A DNA stretch of 64,000 bases, taken from NCBI GenBank assembly GCA_964016885.1, contig OZ024742.1, forward strand, positions 74,214,001 to 74,278,000, written 5' to 3'. Numbering within the stretch: the first letter of the stretch is position 1; every line of letters begins with the position of its first letter. The notes below the pieces were generated by a model. It did no database searches. It worked only from the letters and a program-made list of their open reading frames with translations, and had not been told where the DNA came from. This DNA comes from Eledone cirrhosa (Eukaryota). The position numbers and the translations under genes were made by a program. Shown piece after piece: positions 28,891 through 41,520 of this stretch.

Positions 28891-30544
28891 TTGTGATATG
28901 CATATCTGTTAACTGTGTGGTATTTGAACTGTAGTATATATATTAACTGTCGTTTATTTCAACTGTGGTGTATATGTGTTATTTGCGGGAAATATATTAA
29001 CTGTGGTATGTACATCTGTTAACTGTAGGATATATGTTAAAAATCATTAATATTTATGTGGATTGTTGCACCTGTCTGCATTTTCAAAGTGTCACTTTCT
29101 CGGTTGGAATGATGATGCTGAAGCACCAAACATTATGCTTCAGTACACTTAGCCTTAAATATGTACCATCTAGCTGTAAATAAATACATTGAGAAGTACA
29201 GTCTATCACATTCAGCAATAAGGACATGGGAAATGAAATGTTTCGCTAGCTTTCAGAAAATATTCTTATTAAATTAAACACGAAGTTGATAGGCTATTGA
29301 AGTATATTAAAATACAATATCAGAATTTCTTTAAAATTAGCTCCAGTCTGTGTCTTGAATTGCCTGACATAAAACTAATGATATCAAACTTGTGTGTTCC
29401 TTACATTAAACTGACGAATCACTTGAATGTCTGACGTCGTATGTCACGAGGTCATCATGTCAAATTAGATATTTACAGTGAGATCTAAATGGAAATTGAG
29501 GAGTAGTTTGTGCATATCGATTCTTATTAAATAAGAATGAACAACTTTCTTCAATACCCTATGTTTGTTTAATACAACAAAATTTACCCACATTGAATGC
29601 ATTTGAAAGATTTTATTGCTATCTCTCATCAGTTTAATTTATCACTGAAAAGCTTAGTATTTTGTATGAGTTTAAATTTATTTTAAATGTCAAATAGAAT
29701 CCTTAGTAATTTTTATGAAAAATATTAGCATCATGATCTACAGATGAACTTCAGTGATTCATTGAACGTAACAATGCGAAGAATTTGTAGAACTTCAGCA
29801 CAGAGGGTTGTTTATTAATGGTCATTTCTTCATTGAAACCTTCCTTGACACTTTTATCTTCCAGCTTCTTTTCTTATTTTATTTGCTGTGTTAGGATGGA
29901 AGAGCTAGTCTAATAACTTTGTTAAGCCTATTCGGGGATTAATTATTCGATGATTGGATAATGTTAGAGCAGCAAACCCTTTTCTATTGTAAAGGAAATT
30001 GTATTCCTGATAAATATTATAAGGAAGAGAAGAGTATGAATTGAGAGAGAGAGAGAGAGGGAGAGAGAGAGAGAGAAAAGGAGGGAGAGAAGGGGAAGAA
30101 AGAGAGGGAGGGGTGGAAAGAAGATTGATAGCGAGTAGTTGAAATTATATTATTGAATTCTTTGTGATAGACAATCAACAAAATCGTAAAGAAACTATTA
30201 AATTGTTTTGACAAGCCACGAGGTCAGTTGTTATAAGAAAAGAGAATATGTGACTGAATAGATTACAGCGACTTATTTTATCTACTCCGAAGGAAAGAAA
30301 GACAAAGTTGATCTAGTTAAGATTTGAACTTAAAACAAAAATAATCAACTCAATATTATTTAAGCCGTTTTATTAGTGTATTCTAAAAAATCTATACAAA
30401 ATTAAGGAGTTCAACTAGAAAAACAATTTGGTTGATATCATGGAGAAACATGATCATAATTATTATATCTCACATAACATTATAACATTGTGCCATATAT
30501 TAAAATAACTAATCCCAATCAGAAGCTGAAATATTAATTTATCC

Positions 30545-30690
30545 CTTACCATCCTCCGGAGAAATACCTTCTCCATTCTGTCCGCCGGGGCTGTGGGACG
30601 GCCAGCACGTGGGACCCCATTTGCTGATAATACAGAGAGATGGGGAGGGCGAGAGAGATGGAGGCGATGACAGTTGGAGTTCGGCTCTTC
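30545..30690 (-). mobile_element. CRE-like 3' end remnant (element sense is on the + strand)
   Basis: Minus-strand peptide APADRMEKVFLRR matches APADRMEKAFPRR in the antisense frame of 4268-4600. Confidence 0.55.
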
Positions 30691-31839
30691 CATGTTCGGA
30701 CACATTGGTATGCACTTGGAATTTGGTTTGTTCCTGGTTGACTATCAATTATTGATTTACTCATCATCTTAACTCTCAAGTTTATGGCTATCTCGCATAG
30801 AATTTACCTTTACCTTTAAGAAGATGTGACACACTCAGATGGGACGGTATATTACCTACAGACTGCTTAACTTTATGGATAGAACAGAGGTTCTCAGAGA
30901 CCCAGCTCATATTCCTTCCCTTTCAATCTCAGGTTTTCTCAATTACTCCACATTTTGAATTGTCGTCTTGTAATTGTTCACCCGAGCACCATATTAACAT
31001 GAGCAAGCCTTACAAACCTCTATAATTGTATAATTCCAAACGAGATTACGTCTGTTAGTTGGTGATCGTCATTATAGCTGGGTGAATTGCTATTTCAGTT
31101 GATATATACAAAATGTATCCTATTCTTTCCCAATTTGGATTAGTCCCTGGCTGACATTCTTTCTTATTTTCTACTTTAGCTACAATTTATCTCTTGGGAG
31201 CCAAATGCCTCCCGTTTCAGAATCACTTAGATAGAGGTAGACCTTACCTGGAGACTGCTTGAATCTATGGATCGAGCTGTACCTCATCTAGGAATCTCTT
31301 AATATAGATATAAGTTTACCTTTCTTGGAAATATTTTAAATGGACAGATAGGGGTGTAGCTTTCTCGGAGATATTTTAGATGGACACACAGAAGTGTACC
31401 TTACATAGTAATCCCATAACTCTATAGAGGTGTACCTCACTTGGAGATTCTTTAGTTTTATAGATGGAACTGTACATCATCCAGATATCTTTCAACTTTC
31501 CAAATAGTGGTGTGGTTTATCTAGAGACCTCCTAATCCCATAGATAGCAGTGGACCCACCTAACGGTTCCTTAACTCTATAGATAGAAGTCTATCCCTAG
31601 TGGTCCCTTAACTCCATGTGTAGAAGTACATCACACCTAGAGATCTCTTAACTCTGTAGACGAATATGTACCTAACTTAGAGTCCCCTTAAAACTATAGA
31701 TAGAGGTGTACCCCACTCAGAGTTCCTTTAACTCTACAGATAGAAGTCTACCTTATCAAGAGTCCCCTTAAGATAGACCTTACCTAGAGTCCCATTAAAA
31801 CTATAGGTAGAGGTGTACCCCATCCAGAAATCTTTTAAC

Positions 31840-33070
31840 TCTACGGATAGAAATGTGCCCTACCCAGAATCCCCTTAAGACAGAAGGGCACCTTACCCAA
31901 AATCCTCTTAAGATAGAAGTGCACCTTACCCAGAATCTCCTTAAGATAGAAGTGTACCTTACCCAGAATCCTCTTAAGATAGAAGTGTACCTTACCCAGA
32001 ATCCCCTTAAGATAGAAGTGCACCTTACCCAGAATCCCCTTAAGATAGAAGTGTACCTTACTCAGAATCCCCTTAAGATAGAAGTGTACCTTACCCAGAA
32101 TCTCCTTAAGATAGAAGTGTACCTTACCCAGAATCCCCTTAAGATAGAAGTGTACCTTACCCAGAATCCCCTTAAGATAGAAGTGCACCTTACCCAGAAT
32201 CCTCTTAAGATAGAAGTGCACCTTACCCAGAATCCCCTTAAGATAGAAGTGCACCTTACCCAGAATCCCCTTAAGATAGAAGTGTACCTTACCCAGAATC
32301 TCCTTAAGATAGAAGTGCACCTTACCCAGAATCCCCTTAAGATAGAAGTGTACCTTACCCAGAATCCCCTTAAGATAGAAGTGTACCTTACCCAGAATCC
32401 CCTTAAGATAGAAGTGCACCTTACCCAGAATCCCCTTAAGATAGAAGTGTACCTTACCCAGAATCCCCTTAAGATAGAAGTGTACCTTACCCAGAATCCC
32501 CTTAAGATAGAAGTGTACCTTACCCAGAATCCCCTTAAGATAGAAGTGTACCTTACCCAGAATCCCCTTAAGATAGAAGTGCACCTTACCCAGAATCCCC
32601 TTAAGATAGAAGTGTACCTTACCCAGAATCCCCTTAAGATAGAAGTGTACCTTACCCAGAATCTCCTTAAGATAGAAGTCCACCTTACCCAGAATCCCCT
32701 TAAGTTAGAAGTGCACCTTACCCCAAATCCCCTTAAGATAGAAGTGCACCTTACCCCAAATCCCCTTAAGACAGAAGGGCACCTTACCCAAAATCCCCTT
32801 AAGATAGAAGTGCACCTTACTCAGAATCCCCTTAAGATAGAAGTGTACCTTACCCAGAATCCCCTTAAGATAGAAGTGCACCTTACCCAAAATCCTCTTA
32901 AGATAGCAGTGTACCTTACCCAGAATCCCCTTAAGATAGAAGTGCACCTTACCCAGAATCCCCTTAAGATAGAAATGCACCTTACCCAGAATCCCCTTAG
33001 GATAGAAGTGTACCTTACCCAGAATCCCCTTAAGATAGAAGTGCACCTTACCCAGAATCCCCTTAACTCT
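31840..33070. repeat. 33-bp minisatellite, about 37 homogeneous copies, with degenerate flanking copies (about 31230-31840 and to 33145)
   Basis: Unit ccttacccagaatccccttaagatagaagtgya; produces 11-aa repeat ORFs on both strands. Confidence 0.95.
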
Positions 33071-33544
33071 ATAGTTAAAAGTGTATCTCATCCAGAATCC
33101 CTTTAACTCTCTAGATAGAAGTGGCCTTACTCAGAGTCCCTTTAGGAATACTTTAAAAGGTAGTTTCATTTTTCCTCGGATAGGATTCATTAAAACAGCA
33201 GCAATTATTTATATAATAATCCTGTTAGTAACAACAGAAACCTACTCCACATCAAACAATAACTACAGTAAAACCCAGCAATGGCAATGATAGAAATTAC
33301 TTGTGTATATGTGTATATGTGTATATGTGTGTGTGTGGGAGGGGGCACTACCAACTTTTGTCCAATCCATTCAGCTAAAAGCTTTGACTCCCATCTCACC
33401 GATTCAGTTCGATACATAATTCAGCAGATCGATGAAAAATATTACATTTCTCATGCTGTTCCTATTAATCAACTACGATCACAGCTCTTATCTTCTCTCT
33501 AACAATAAACCAATTTCTTTCTTTCTTACTTTTTATTTATCTCT

Positions 33545-33583
<39 letters not shown>

Positions 33584-34949
33584 CTGCCTCCCGATTTCTT
33601 TATTTCGGTCTTCTTTGCTTTCCTTCTTTCTTTTTTCTTATTTATCTTTCTATCTTACTTTCTTTCTTGTCATGTTTCGTCAATTATTTATCTATAGTAT
33701 ATCCTACTACAATTATCTCCTTCACATCGATCATCGACCACGATCATCGTCATCTCTGTTACATCCCCATCATGATAACCTCCACTACTATTACCTCCTT
33801 TCGTTATTATCATCCTCAACCGACCATCCCCAACTTTCATGCTTAATGCTTCTACCTGGGTGAAGCCAATTGTTTTTACCTTCCATAAAGAGCTTTAATC
33901 CGTCACCCAGTTTATCACTACTACCTGGTATTCGGGTACCTTTAGTGGACTTAACGCTATTGTAAATATTCTGACTAGGGGTCACGGAGGTTGAGGGTCT
34001 GCTCTTCCTTCATTAATTAAGTAATTAAACTACCAATTATTAAAACCATACAGATTTAAGTTAACAGGTTTTAGAGGTCAGTTTACCACCGATCTATGAC
34101 CCACAGCAAAGGCTGCATTTCATTTTGCGACCCAATGTGCCAGGAGTGTTTATCCTTCTTGCTTATTTATGTAATTTTTTTCTTAATTTTATTTATTTAT
34201 TTTGCGACCCATTAATGGGTCAAGACTCGCAGTTTGAAAACGCCCTTGGTCTACATTACATTTCTAGAGAGCTCAAGTGAAGTACTAAGTGGATTTATAG
34301 AGTTAACACTCGGGGACCATTCATATATTGCGGCTACAGTCAGCGTCACAAGTTACGAGGCTGGCAGGAGCTTTGTGTGGTCACTCGATCTACCAGAAAC
34401 AGTAGCCAAATTTTACTTATGTAACACCCGATCAACTTAAGTAAAGAAAGATACATTGGATAATGTAGTCCAAGTATTCTATGCTCGAAGAAAATGGCAT
34501 GACCATATCTAGAATGTCTTTGATCCTAGGTCGTTCAGGGCTGACTTGGGTTAAATAATAGTCACAACAAGAACAACAAAAACAACAGCAACAGTTAATC
34601 TCTCCGGCCAATTATGGAGGCTTCTACGTTGTCGCACGAGATGCTAGAAATAGTAGCCATATTTCATTTCACTGCTCTTGAAAGAAGACACATTAAATCG
34701 TGTAGTCTCGATAGATACACAATATATGAAAACAAGAAGAGATTGTCATTGCTTGAATACCTTTGACCATGGGTCTGTTCAATCAGAATTCTCATGTAGT
34801 TAAACAACAGTAAAATATGAACAAAAACCGACAGAAGCAACAACAACCTATGTGTTTACATATCAGAAACTATATTATCCAATGTGCTCTACAGTTCTTT
34901 AGGTGGGATTTAAAGGAGATTTAGTTGCATAATTCTAACTTGAGCATAC

Positions 34950-35450
34950 CCATGACGGTTGACTGAAAAGTTCATAGACTGACAACGATACTCTCATGGA
35001 ATGTGACCAAATAAGGTTTATTTTTCAACATAGCCTCCCTTGCAGTCCACACATTTCTTCCATCGGTGTTGCAGTGCTTGGATCCCATGGTGAAGAAGCT
35101 TTCATCCGGTTAGTCAAAAAAGTCATCAACAGCAGATATGACGTCATCATCACTGCAATACTGGTTCCTAGCCAAGTGTTTTATCATGTTGGGGGATAAA
35201 TGATAGTTAGATGGGGTCAAATGAGGAGAATAGGGTGGGTGATAAACCATTTCAAAACCACAGTCACACAAGGACTTGTGTGCTGGAGCATTGTCCTGAT
35301 GAAACAGTTTTTCTTGGCGTTTGGTCTTTGTAGCAACTGCCTCAGCAAGTTGGCATAGTACTCTCCATTGATGATGTAGCCCTTTTCAAGATACTCAATA
35401 AAACAAAGCCTTTTGCATCCCCCCAAAACTGAGGCCTTCACTTTCCCTGC
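34950..35450 (-). mobile_element. Decayed mariner-type transposon fragment
   Basis: IEYLEKGYIINGEYYANLLRQL and qDNAPAHKS-like motifs; TIR-like gactgaaaagttcat near 34960. Confidence 0.7.
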
Positions 35451-35624
35451 AAATGAAACAACCTTGTAACTACTACCATCTGTCTTCTTGAATATCAGGA
35501 ACTCAATTTTCTAAAGTATTCTTCTTTTTAAAGGCATTAGGATGGGATTTGAGAGAACTTTAGCTTTTATATTTAGAACGTCGACTACAGGAATAGTTTT
35601 CAATAAATTATTATTACATACTAT

Positions 35625-35740
35625 GAGTTCAAATCCCGCCGAGGTTAACTTTGCCTTTCATCCTTCCGGGGTCGATAGAATAAAGTACCAGTAATACATT
35701 GGGTAATTGCTGGCCTTGTGCCAAAAGTAGAAACAATTAT
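35625..35740 (+). mobile_element. SINE family 2, 5'-truncated
   Basis: Match to 36790-36905. Confidence 0.85.
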
Positions 35741-35867
35741 TAATATAGAGGTTGAAGCCTTTATTATAATAACCAAGGATTTTCCTACAATATGCCGTAC
35801 GTGTATTGCAAATATTACGAATACATAATTAAATAAAAATTACTCAAAATTGCATTAGCTTATTTAT

Positions 35868-35943
35868 CACTGTTTCTCGCGGAACCCCTAGCAACCGCTT
35901 AAGGGACCCTAGGGTTCCGGGGAAAGCCGGTTGAGAAACGCTG
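35868..35943. mobile_element. Small hAT-like MITE remnant
   Basis: cactgtttctc ... gagaaacgctg termini with internal ggaacccctag/ctagggttcc palindrome. Confidence 0.55.
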
Positions 35944-35951
35944 GTGTAAAG

Positions 35952-37039
35952 CAAACCCGTAGTCAGGTTTTCTGCCAGGTAATGCCATTCGAATATATGT
36001 TAAAACATGGGGATGCCAAAACAAAATAAAGAAATATTGTTTAGTAAAATATATATATTATTCCAAACAAAGACACATTATACAATGAAATGTTAAAAAA
36101 ATAGTTTTCGTGGTTTCTTTAACCACTCATTTGAAAAGTCTTCAAATTTAATTTTTTCACATTCATCTTTTTCGAAAAAGATGTATGTCAAATTGCATTC
36201 TCTGTAAGGTGACTTCTTCTTTGTGATGAGTCTACGTGAGCCATAGCAGAAAACAGGTATTCAACCCTTGATGAACTATAACCACATGTTAATACAATTC
36301 TGTATAGCATTATTATTGCAGAGACCGTTGATTGATATTTTGTATGTAATAATTTATATCTTGAATATCTAATGTTTTTTTATGCAGACGCAGAGCAGTC
36401 ATAAAATGTATTAAAATATATAATGTAAAAACATACCTTTAAACTTTCATGAAATTTTAGTTTCACTTTTACAATACAATTTTAGAAAAAGAATGCAGGT
36501 ATTTAATAATAGGTAATTATATCAAATATGTCCTGTATACATGTGATACCTCATGCAGATATTTAAACAAATAGAAAGATATTATAAGATGTGTATGTAT
36601 ATTCTCTCTCCTCATATTCGTATATGTATATTGTATATATGCTTTGTCTAAAATACAAGTCAAACCGTATAATATTGTGATATTGTCTTATATAGGCTTA
36701 TTCTGTGTCATTAATGTTTTGTGGATTGGCAGTATCGGTAGAGGGTCGGACGCCATGCTTTGACGCATAGAGTTACGGCCCTTGCCATTCTGAGTTCAAA
36801 TCCCGCCGAGGTTAACTTTGCCTTTCATCCTTATGGGGTCGATAAAATAAAGTACCAGTAATACACTGGGTAATTGCTGGCCTTGTGCCAAAAGTAGAAA
36901 CAATTAATGCTTTATTTTGCCTTTACCTGTTGTGTTAATTTTTAAAAATAAAATCTTGTTTGATGGGGATGCCAAAACTAAATTTGCTTTTGATAGGGGC
37001 TGCCGGGAATCCCCTGGCATTCCCTTGGCTACGGGCCTG
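35952..37039. mobile_element. Non-autonomous hAT element
   Basis: Imperfect TIRs caaacccgtagtca / tggctacgggcctg; perfect 8-bp TSD gtgtaaag (35944-35951, 37040-37047). Confidence 0.8.
36721..36905 (+). mobile_element. tRNA-derived SINE family 2, near full length, nested in the hAT element
   Basis: tggcagtatcgg A-box-like, gagttcaaatccc B box, ctttcatccttatggggtcgataaaataaagtaccag central domain. Confidence 0.85.
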
Positions 37040-37331
37040 GTGTAAAGACTCGTTTAGCACCAGATTTGAACGAGTAGATTTATGGTAAAAAAATATCCCA
37101 GCCGTAACCTGTATTTGTGTATATTAGAGACTACATAACTCAAGATCTCTTTTATTTTTAAGACACTATGGTGTACGACTGGAGGGCGATTTGGCTGCTA
37201 TATCTTGATGGTTCGTGGTTCAGTTAATTACTGATTCATGACAACTCTTCTTTGTCACTTTCCTAGAATATCGATAAGGACAACAACGGTCAAGTCTTTT
37301 AAAGATGGTAGAGTACATGTTATATTTCCCT

Positions 37332-37375
<44 letters not shown>

Positions 37376-37419
37376 ATAATAATAAATTTGAAGACTAAAA
37401 TCCAAAGATTGACTTTGTT

Positions 37420-37470
37420 AGTTTCAGAAGATCCCGTTAAGGGTGAAAGCAGCGATTCTTTGCTTAAACT
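37420..37470 (+). ncRNA. Type I hammerhead-like fold with U4A change, in an island between (TA)n tracts
   Basis: agttt CAGAAGA tccc-gttaa-gggt GAAA gca-loop-tgc TT aaact. Confidence 0.55.
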
Positions 37471-37481
37471 TTAATCTGTTA

Positions 37482-37582
<101 letters not shown>

Positions 37583-37871
37583 GTATATATATATATATAT
37601 ATGCTTTTCTATGTATGAAGTACATGAAAATAAAAATATATGAATAAGTTAGTTCGCTATAATTTATCTGACCAGAGTCTACATGTGATTCTATTATATG
37701 ATAACACAGCTATATAATATTTCATTTCATTCAATGCATAACTTAGTTTCTTGGTAAAAATACCTTTTTATATATATATGTTTGAATATAACTATCTGTA
37801 TGTATATAAGTGCATAGGATGCTCGTATACAGTTATACTATATAATTATATTTGGTGCTCACTATGTATGT

Positions 37872-38735
37872 ATGTTCTTCAGGTTTTATAATTTTATAAA
37901 TTTTTGCTAATAGAGAGAGTCGGTTTCTAACATAGATACAAGACTTTCTCATTGGAATTTACACAACATCAATTAGGTAGATATGTATGCATGTGTGTGC
38001 AAGTATGGATGTTATTGTATGTGTGAATGTGTATGTTTTGAGTTGTATGTGTGCATATGCATATGTTTTGTATCTGTACATATGTATATGCAGTTATTAG
38101 ATGCAGCATTTTTGGAATGTTTTACATATTTTTACTGTTCCATTAATGGATTGTACTTTCCTAACTAGTTGTGTTCTTTCTGTTTCTAGGAAGCCCAGCT
38201 TCTCAAGATTTGTATTGAGGCAGTTACTAACATATCCCAGTGCCCCAATAATCACAGGCATAAATCCGAAGGTTTAGTCAGGATGAAGTATCTGCAGATT
38301 TCTCATTAGTTCTGCACAAATAGTCTCCTTTTCGCTAATCTTTGATATTGGCATCTGCTGGGCAGCTTACTTCAACTACCGTGTATGTCTTCTTTTCCCT
38401 GTCATTACATCTGGTCTGTTATGCCTGCATTTTATCGGGGTTTTTACTGGAACATTCCACCAGTACTATTTCATGTCTTCCACATTGCTGTAGCTTTTAA
38501 TGTGTTTATTATCAGGGCTATCATTTCTACGGATTGCATTGTACAGTTTTTTGGCCACTACATCATGCCTCATAGGTAGATAATACCGCGATGACATCTT
38601 TGGACAGCTGATAATGACATGGATGACATGTTCGATGTTAATTCTGCAGAGTATGCACTTGTTGTCACATCTAGGTGTTTTACCAGCATCCCTATCTCTT
38701 TTGTGAAACAGGTATTTCGTGTTGATTTCCTGTTC
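37872..38735 (-). mobile_element. Dong/R4-like non-LTR retrotransposon 3' portion, decayed
   Basis: Nucleotide match to 39183-39985; abuts (TATG)n on both sides. Confidence 0.8.
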
Positions 38736-38849
38736 TTGTATGTATGTATGTATGTATGTATGTATGTATGTATGTATGTATGTATGTATGTATGTATGTA
38801 TGTATGTATGTATGTATGTATGTATGTATGTATGTATGTATGTATGTAT

Positions 38850-39140
38850 GTTCTTCTAGTTTTATAATTTCACAAATTGTTGCTAATAGAGAGAGAGTCG
38901 GTTTCTTACATAGATACAAGACTCTCTCATTGGAATTTACTCAACATCAACTAGGTAGATATGTCTGCATGTCTGCATGTGTAGGTATGGATGTTATTGT
39001 ATGTGTGGATGTGGATGTTTTGAGTTATATGTGTGCATGTTTATATGCTTTGTATCTGTACATGTGTATATATGCAGTTATTAGATGCAAAATTCTTGGA
39101 ATGTTTTACATATTTTTACTGTTCCATCAATGGATTGTAC
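38850..39140 (-). mobile_element. Dong/R4-like 3' UTR copy between (TATG)n tracts
   Basis: Match to 39183-39470. Confidence 0.8.
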
Positions 39141-39182
39141 TTGTATGTATGTATGTATGTATGTATGTATGTATGTATGTAT

Positions 39183-39990
39183 GTTCTTCTGTTTTATAAT
39201 TTCACAAATTTTTCCTAATAAAGAGAGTCGGTTTCTAACATAGACACAATACTCTCTCATTGGAATTTACACAACATCAACTAGGTAGATTATGTATGCA
39301 TGCATGTGTAGATATGGATGTTATTGTATGTGTGGATGTGGATGTTTTGAGTAGTATGTGTGCATGTGTATATGCTTTGCATCTGTACATGTGTATATGC
39401 AGTTATTAGATGCAAAATTTTTGGAATGTTTTACACATGTTTACCGTTCCATTAATGGAGTGTACTTGTAATTTCCTAACTAGTTGTGTTCTTTCTATTC
39501 CTGTGAAGCCTAGCTTCTCAAGATTTGTATTGAGGCAGTTACTAACATACCCCAGTGCCCCAATAATCACAGGCATAAATCTGAAGGTATAGTCAGAGTG
39601 GAGTTTCTCCAGATTTCTCATCAGTTCTGCATAAATATTCTCCTTTTCGCTAATCTTTGATATTATATTGGCATCTGCTGGGCAGCTAACTTCCACTACT
39701 GTGCATGCTTTCTTTTCCCTGTCACATATCATAATATCTGGTCTGTTATGCCTGCATTTTATTGCGGTTTTTACTCGAACATTCCACCAGTACTCTTTCA
39801 TATTATGTATATGGATGTCTTCCACATTGCTGTGGCTTTTAATGTGTTTATTATCGGGGCTATCTTTTCTACGGATTGCGTTGTACAGTGTTTTGGCCAC
39901 TACATCATGCTTCATAGGTAGATAGTACTGCGAAGACATCTTTGGACAGCTGGTGATGACATGGGTGATATCCTCGATGTTAGTTCTGTC
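39183..39990 (-). mobile_element. Dong/R4-like non-LTR retrotransposon 3' end with restriction-like endonuclease
   Basis: ORF 39406-39939: KHDVVAK, WWN, HNRPDI, VVEVSCP, KENIY, PVIIGALG. Confidence 0.85.
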
Positions 39991-40005
39991 TCTATGTATG
40001 TATGT

Positions 40006-40634
40006 GTGGGGTCACTCTTGAGTGCTACTGGTAACATGTAACCCAGTACAACCTGTCGCATAGTCGGGTCGTCGGCGACTAAACTGGCAACCCCACCAAG
40101 TTTACTTGGTGAGGAGGGTGATTTCGGACCCCCTGCAGGACAAAAAACAAAACCTGACAAAGTGCGGAAGAACTCATAAGGGTCAACGGCCATCCAAAAG
40201 TGTGTAAATATGTATATACACATGTACATATGTATGTATATGTATATGTGTATATACATGGGTGCATGTGTATGTATATCTGCGGGGACATAGAAATAGT
40301 CGGGCTGGATACCCAATCGCGCGGTTAAACCACTGGGAGTGAAGGACCCCTAACATTTGTCAGGGCATTCTCTTAGGAGAAGGCAATTCAGGAAACTGGG
40401 ATAACTACGACACAAAACATGCGGCTTAGTAGCTACCGATGATGTTGATCCGTTCTTCTTTTCGAGTTATAGCTACTGTCGCTCAGAGAGTGGGATTGGC
40501 TCAGTGCACAGTCTTCCACACTTTAAAAAAAAAAAAATCTTCACGCACGGGCATTGCACGATAGCATTAATTGATAATTATTAATAATGTTATATCGTGC
40601 AATGGCCATACTCGATAACGAGGGGGCAGCCATC
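40006..40634 (+). mobile_element. Non-coding repeat element flanked by (TATG)n; second split copy at 40995-41292 plus 52289-52329
   Basis: 40281-40600 repeats at 40995-41292; 3' end gtgcaa.ggccatactc.ataacgagggg.cagccatca(TGTA)n occurs at about 40597 and 52291. Confidence 0.7.
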
Positions 40635-40806
40635 ATGTATGTATGTATGTATGTATGTATGTATGTATGTATGTATGTATGTATGTATGTATGTATGTAT
40701 GTATGTATGTATGTATGTCAACTGTTGACTTTCAAGAGTTTGTATAGTTGAAGCCGTTCGTCAACAGTTGACATAATCTTGTAATCTTGTATCAGTAATG
40801 ACGGTA

Positions 40807-40842
<36 letters not shown>

Positions 40843-41520
40843 AAGTGAGTAGCGTGTGTGTGTTTGTTTGTATGTATGAGTGTTGCTGTGTGCGCGCGTA
40901 TGTATGCGTGTGTGTACGCGCGTATGTATGCGCGTGTGTGTATGTCGTACGTAGAAGTTTCAATAAGTGAGTTTTTTTTTTTCTTTTTTTTTGCGCGGGG
41001 ACAGAAATAATCGGGCTGGATGCCCGATCACGCAGTTAAACCACTGGGAGTGAAGAACCCCTAGCCCTTGTCAGGGCATTCTTCTAGGAGAAGGCATCTC
41101 AGGAAACTGGGTTAACTCCGACATAAAACCTGCGGCTCAGTAGTTACCGATGATGTTGATCTTTTCTTCTTTTCGGGTTATAGCTACTGTCGCTCAGAGA
41201 GTGGGATTGGCTCAGTGCACAGTCTTTCCTCACTTTAAAAATATTCGTCACGCACAGGCATTGCACGAGTGCATTAATAATTATTAATAGTGTATTATTA
41301 TTATTATTATTATTGGTCTAAGCGGACGTATTTTGCTCGCTCACAGTAAGTCGCTTTATTTGCCTGTTTAAATTATTTGTTGTTAAATATTTCTTGTTGT
41401 GTAAGGGATATAAGCCCTTAGACTTTGCCCCGTGAAGGGGAAAGTATAATATTTGGGCCTTTTTGCCCAAATATTTGAACATTTTTTTACATGTTAAAAA
41501 ATTTACGAAGAAAAAAAAAC

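Noticed and set aside
31853-33106. 417-aa repeat ORF, or a CRISPR-like array
   Set aside because: Pure 33-bp tandem repeat with no unique spacers; open frames on both strands follow from the unit length
40000-40095. Possible HDV-like ribozyme (ccagt/actgg, gtcg-tcgg-cgac, ctaa)
   Set aside because: P1, P3 and L3 could not be assigned with canonical sizes by eye; needs a descriptor search
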